Assembly (NCBI GenBank): GCA_049967855.1
Contig: JBMFRX010000004.1
Coordinates: 8,751-72,750 of the forward strand
DNA length: 64,000 bases
Direction of reading: 5' to 3'
From: Caldisericaceae bacterium
GTDB lineage: Bacteria; Caldisericota; Caldisericia; Caldisericales; Caldisericaceae
Below the pieces are notes generated by a model that worked only from the letters and a program-made list of their open reading frames with translations, ran no database searches and had not been told where the DNA came from. The translations under genes were made by a program, and so were the position numbers. This document shows positions 63,085-64,000 of the stretch, piece after piece. The number at the start of each line of letters is the position of its first letter. Positions within the stretch are counted from its first letter, which is position 1.

Positions 63085-64000
63085 AAAGCTATTACATATT
63101 AATAGCCATATTAATGGCACTTTCAGTAGTACTAATAGTACTTGGTAAGTTTTTATTTGGTATTATTTTTGCGTCAAGTGCAATAGTTGTTCTAGTTTTT
63201 ACTTACCATATGATATTAAAGAATCTTCGTAGTATAAACCTGAGTCTCTACAAATTAAGCAAGATCGATGTCCAAAAAATGCCTTCCGAAATCAAAAACA
63301 ATGAATTTGGAGAAATCAATAAGACAGTTAGCGATCTAAGAAGCTCTGTGATTCATTTACTTGAGAAGATACGCATCAGGGAGGGTGAATTTGTTGCTAT
63401 TCTTGATGCCATTACTTCTCCTGTTTTCATAGTTAATGAAGATGGTAAAATAATTATAAAAAATGTTTCCTCAAAAAAGATAATGCGTAGACCTACTCAA
63501 ACTCGGGATTACGACTTTTACTATGAAGCGATACGCAGCGATGAGCTCAACGGCTTTATCAAAAATTCCTTGGGAACTAGAACAAAAGAATCAAGGTTGA
63601 TAAAAATCGACGAAGTTTTTTACGAGATTACATCTTTTCCTTTTTCTTCTGAAGGTGAAGAATACCTGCTTTTATATGCAAATGATATGACTGAAAAAGA
63701 AATTTCAAGGATAATGCAGAGAGATTTCACTGAGAGTCTTTCGCATGAGCTCAGAACCCCGCTTTCGGTAATTAACGGAATTGTTGAGATAATTAAAAAT
63801 GAGAACCTCATTGAGAAAAATGGCACAAGATTTTTGAAACCCCTTAGCGAAAACCTTGATAGAATTAATGAAATTGCCTTAAAGACAGCAACTTTGCTGG
63901 AAGTTGATTCTTTCGAGGGAAAGGTTGATGAAAAGGTAGATTTATCAAAGGTTGCAAAGGAAGTAAAAGATTCATTCGAGCCGCTTGCTAAATCAAAGGG
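63024..64000 (+). CDS. sensor histidine kinase (partial; runs off the window)
   Basis: This frame is open from 62976 to the window end. It encodes two TM segments (YYILIAILMALSVVLIVLG-K-FLFGIIFASSAIVVLVFTY), a PAS-like region and the H-box SLSHELRTPLS. The start is uncertain: GTG 63024 (61-nt overlap with the regulator) or ATG 63114 (which truncates TM1). Not in the ORF track because it has no stop. Confidence 0.75.
   Translation, partial: MREIYKNSKRSWIQIFGERIESYYILIAILMALSVVLIVLGKFLFGIIFASSAIVVLVFTYHMILKNLRSINLSLYKLSKIDVQKMPSEIKNNEFGEINKTVSDLRSSVIHLLEKIRIREGEFVAILDAITSPVFIVNEDGKIIIKNVSSKKIMRRPTQTRDYDFYYEAIRSDELNGFIKNSLGTRTKESRLIKIDEVFYEITSFPFSSEGEEYLLLYANDMTEKEISRIMQRDFTESLSHELRTPLSVINGIVEIIKNENLIEKNGTRFLKPLSENLDRINEIALKTATLLEVDSFEGKVDEKVDLSKVAKEVKDSFEPLAKSK

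Noticed and set aside
1-64000. Search for CRISPR arrays, transposases, integrases, phage genes, toxin-antitoxin pairs or known defence systems
   Set aside because: I saw no direct-repeat/spacer arrays, no recombinase or transposase-like ORFs and no defence-type domain combinations. Gene content and tight operon packing look like core chromosome.

Overview
AT-rich (about 35-40% GC by eye), gene-dense chromosomal window from an anaerobic, fermentative bacterium; I cannot assign a taxon. I support about 70 CDS (both edge genes partial), three tRNAs (Ser-GCT, Gln-CTG, Glu-CTC), several sigma70-type promoters, and a few intrinsic terminators. I saw no rRNA, CRISPR array, transposase, integrase, phage gene or recognisable defence system, so this looks like core genome, not an accessory island. 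Content in order: tandem DegV genes; an O2/ROS detoxification cluster (flavodiiron protein, desulfoferrodoxin, ferritin); cdaA-cdaR-ogt-truB-ribF; pyrG; an aminotransferase and an APC permease; ptb-buk; two ABC systems; ychF; ogg-pepV; proC; ftcD-hutI-gcvT-aspC; uppP; and a fhs-smc-era chain followed by nth and a two-component system. Nucleotide second-messenger genes are dense: CdaA, three GGDEF cyclases with intact active and I-sites, one HD-GYP and a CYTH protein. Main observations: (1) a recurring -10 hexamer, 5-8 nt, ATG geometry at seven first genes that lack Shine-Dalgarno sites, suggesting leaderless mRNAs; (2) an RdgB/HAM1 ORF running without a stop into a 54-codon segment that has its own AGGAGG-N7-ATG; (3) an active amidohydrolase next to a colinear paralog that has lost every metal and catalytic ligand; (4) two unclassified promoter-to-terminator leader RNAs, one before an amino-acid ABC operon and one before DUF948/YtxH genes; (5) several small uncharacterised modules (a DUF2007 pair with a creatininase-family gene, a phosphoesterase/unknown/PAP2 trio, and a CYTH-GGDEF operon). 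Product calls rest on motif recognition from the translations. No database search was run.
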